Below are positions 32,519 to 33,276 of a DNA stretch of 33,276 bases, piece by piece (positions within the stretch are counted from its first letter, which is position 1; each line of letters starts with the position of its first letter). The notes beneath the pieces are model-generated. The model was not told where the DNA came from, did no database searches, and saw only the letters and a list, made by a program, of their open reading frames with translations. A program made the translations under genes and the position numbers. Source of the DNA: an uncultured Candidatus Saccharibacteria bacterium (GTDB lineage: Bacteria > Patescibacteriota > Minisyncoccia > Minisyncoccales > PEYH01); NCBI GenBank assembly GCA_964636195.1, contig CAZWQR010000001.1:1-33276 (forward strand), written 5' to 3'.

Positions 32519-32782
32519 ATGGTTACCGAATTCCAGAAAAAAGTTTATAAAATTGTTTTTCAAATTCCCAAAGGCAGTACCTTGAGCTATAAAGAGGTGG
32601 CTAGAAGAGCAGGTCGTCCAAAAGCTTGGAGAGCAGTAGGCAATATTTTAGCCAGTCATAAGATCAAGGGACTTCCTTGCCATCGGGTGATAAGGTCAGA
32701 TGGTAGTATTGGCGGTTTTAAGGGCAGCTATCAAAGAGCCAAAGAAAAGAAGGCCCTTCTTAAAAAAGAAGGTGTTTTTTAG
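32519..32782 (+). CDS. ogt: MGMT/Ogt-family methylated-DNA--protein-cysteine methyltransferase, DNA-binding/active-site domain only
   Basis: TEFQKKVYKIVFQIPKGSTLSYKEVA...AVGNILA...LPCHRVIRSDGSIGGF contains the PCHRV active site. 87 aa. Confidence 0.85.
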   Translation: MVTEFQKKVYKIVFQIPKGSTLSYKEVARRAGRPKAWRAVGNILASHKIKGLPCHRVIRSDGSIGGFKGSYQRAKEKKALLKKEGVF

Positions 32783-32791
32783 TTATCCACA
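32783..32791 (+). promoter_or_regulatory. Isolated perfect DnaA box
   Basis: TTATCCACA immediately after the ogt stop and 70 nt upstream of the next ATG. Confidence 0.35.
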
Positions 32792-32860
32792 CTTTTAAAC
32801 AATTATTTTTGCGATTAGGCAAATTTTTTTATATTATAAAATAATAATTAAATCTTTTTT

Positions 32861-33276
32861 ATGACTGAAAAATCTTTCATTTTTACCATTGCTTTTTTTC
32901 TATTTGCCGCTGGTTTTGCAGGGGCGCAGAATTATAGCTGTGATAGTTTGATTGAACAGTACGGAGATAAAATTGCTGAATATGACCAGGACGGCAACTA
33001 CCAGATTACCAACGATGAATCTATCCAGGCTTTGAAAAACTATCTCAATCTTGATTTAGCGGAGAATTACTTTTTAGCCATCGCCAGGTTTGATAGAAAC
33101 AACTGTGTGCTTCCAGAGCAGGAAAATGACCCTGTTTCCGGCACCTTGTCTGTAAATAAGACAAAGGTTTCTGTTGGCGAGCAGATAGAGCTTACAGTAA
33201 CTGGCCAAGACAACGATGGATTAACAAGGCTCTGGGCCTATTACCAGGGCAGTTGGCATTCAGATTATGCTGAAGG
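32861..33276 (+). CDS. Secreted hypothetical protein (N-terminal part; runs off the window)
   Basis: Absent from the ORF track because it is open at the window edge. Hand translation gives MTEKSFIFTIAFFLFAAGFAGAQNYSCDSLIEQYGDKIAEYDQDGNYQITNDE...VSVGEQIELTVTGQDNDGLTRLWAYYQGSWHSDYAE, with a signal-peptide-like N-terminus. Confidence 0.55.
   Translation, partial: MTEKSFIFTIAFFLFAAGFAGAQNYSCDSLIEQYGDKIAEYDQDGNYQITNDESIQALKNYLNLDLAENYFLAIARFDRNNCVLPEQENDPVSGTLSVNKTKVSVGEQIELTVTGQDNDGLTRLWAYYQGSWHSDYAE

Noticed and set aside
32326-32519. Calling the 40-codon and 16-codon ORFs upstream of MGMT as genes or a pseudogene
   Set aside because: They are too short, have no recognisable motifs or ribosome-binding sites, and I cannot verify similarity to the MGMT N-domain without a search. 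They are mentioned only as a low-interest observation.
1-33276. Alternative genetic code (UGA recoded, as in some CPR lineages)
   Set aside because: Several well-supported genes end at TGA at the expected length (tsaE at 12884-12886, the FEN exonuclease at 13779-13781, the DUF456-like gene at 18541-18543). Conserved genes are not broken by in-frame TGA. The standard code 11 fits.

Overview
AT-rich (about 35% GC by eye), gene-dense bacterial chromosome segment using the standard genetic code. It spans the replication-origin neighbourhood: jag-yidC-rnpA-rpmH on the minus strand, then DnaA boxes, then dnaA-dnaN-DUF721 on the plus strand. A long run of housekeeping genes follows: class A PBP, ruvC, yebC, a lamin-tail-domain protein, ruvB, a PilB/GspE ATPase, tsaE and a FEN-type exonuclease. 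Next come a V4R-like protein with a soluble PAS histidine kinase and two receiver-only proteins, then holA, rpsT, ruvA, murE, NIF3 and a Nudix protein. The rest comprises a presenilin-type GxGD protease, an HPS-like protein, SPFH, Elp3 head-to-head with a Trm9-like methyltransferase, tRNA-Arg(CCG), greA, a tandem HD protein, a PolX core, a second Nudix protein and MGMT. Small proteins, frequent stop/start overlaps, a short YidC and several archaeal/eukaryote-type genes suggest a Patescibacteria (CPR)-like organism; this is inference only. I see no rRNA, CRISPR array, transposase, integrase or recognisable defence system. The items most worth a second look are listed here. (1) A self-contained plus-strand unit (consensus promoter, about 118-nt GC-rich rod-like RNA, U-tract) lies between pilB and ruvB. 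(2) A ~180-bp inverted array of 15 heptads (GAWAATT) sits next to an unannotated 50-codon basic ORF. (3) An Elp3/Trm9-like pair has start codons 1 nt apart. (4) A bacterial presenilin/SPP-type protease. (5) A 55% Asp/Glu ORF with its own promoter and terminator sits directly in front of the PBP gene. All functional calls come from motif recognition by eye and from memory and need HMM or BLAST confirmation.
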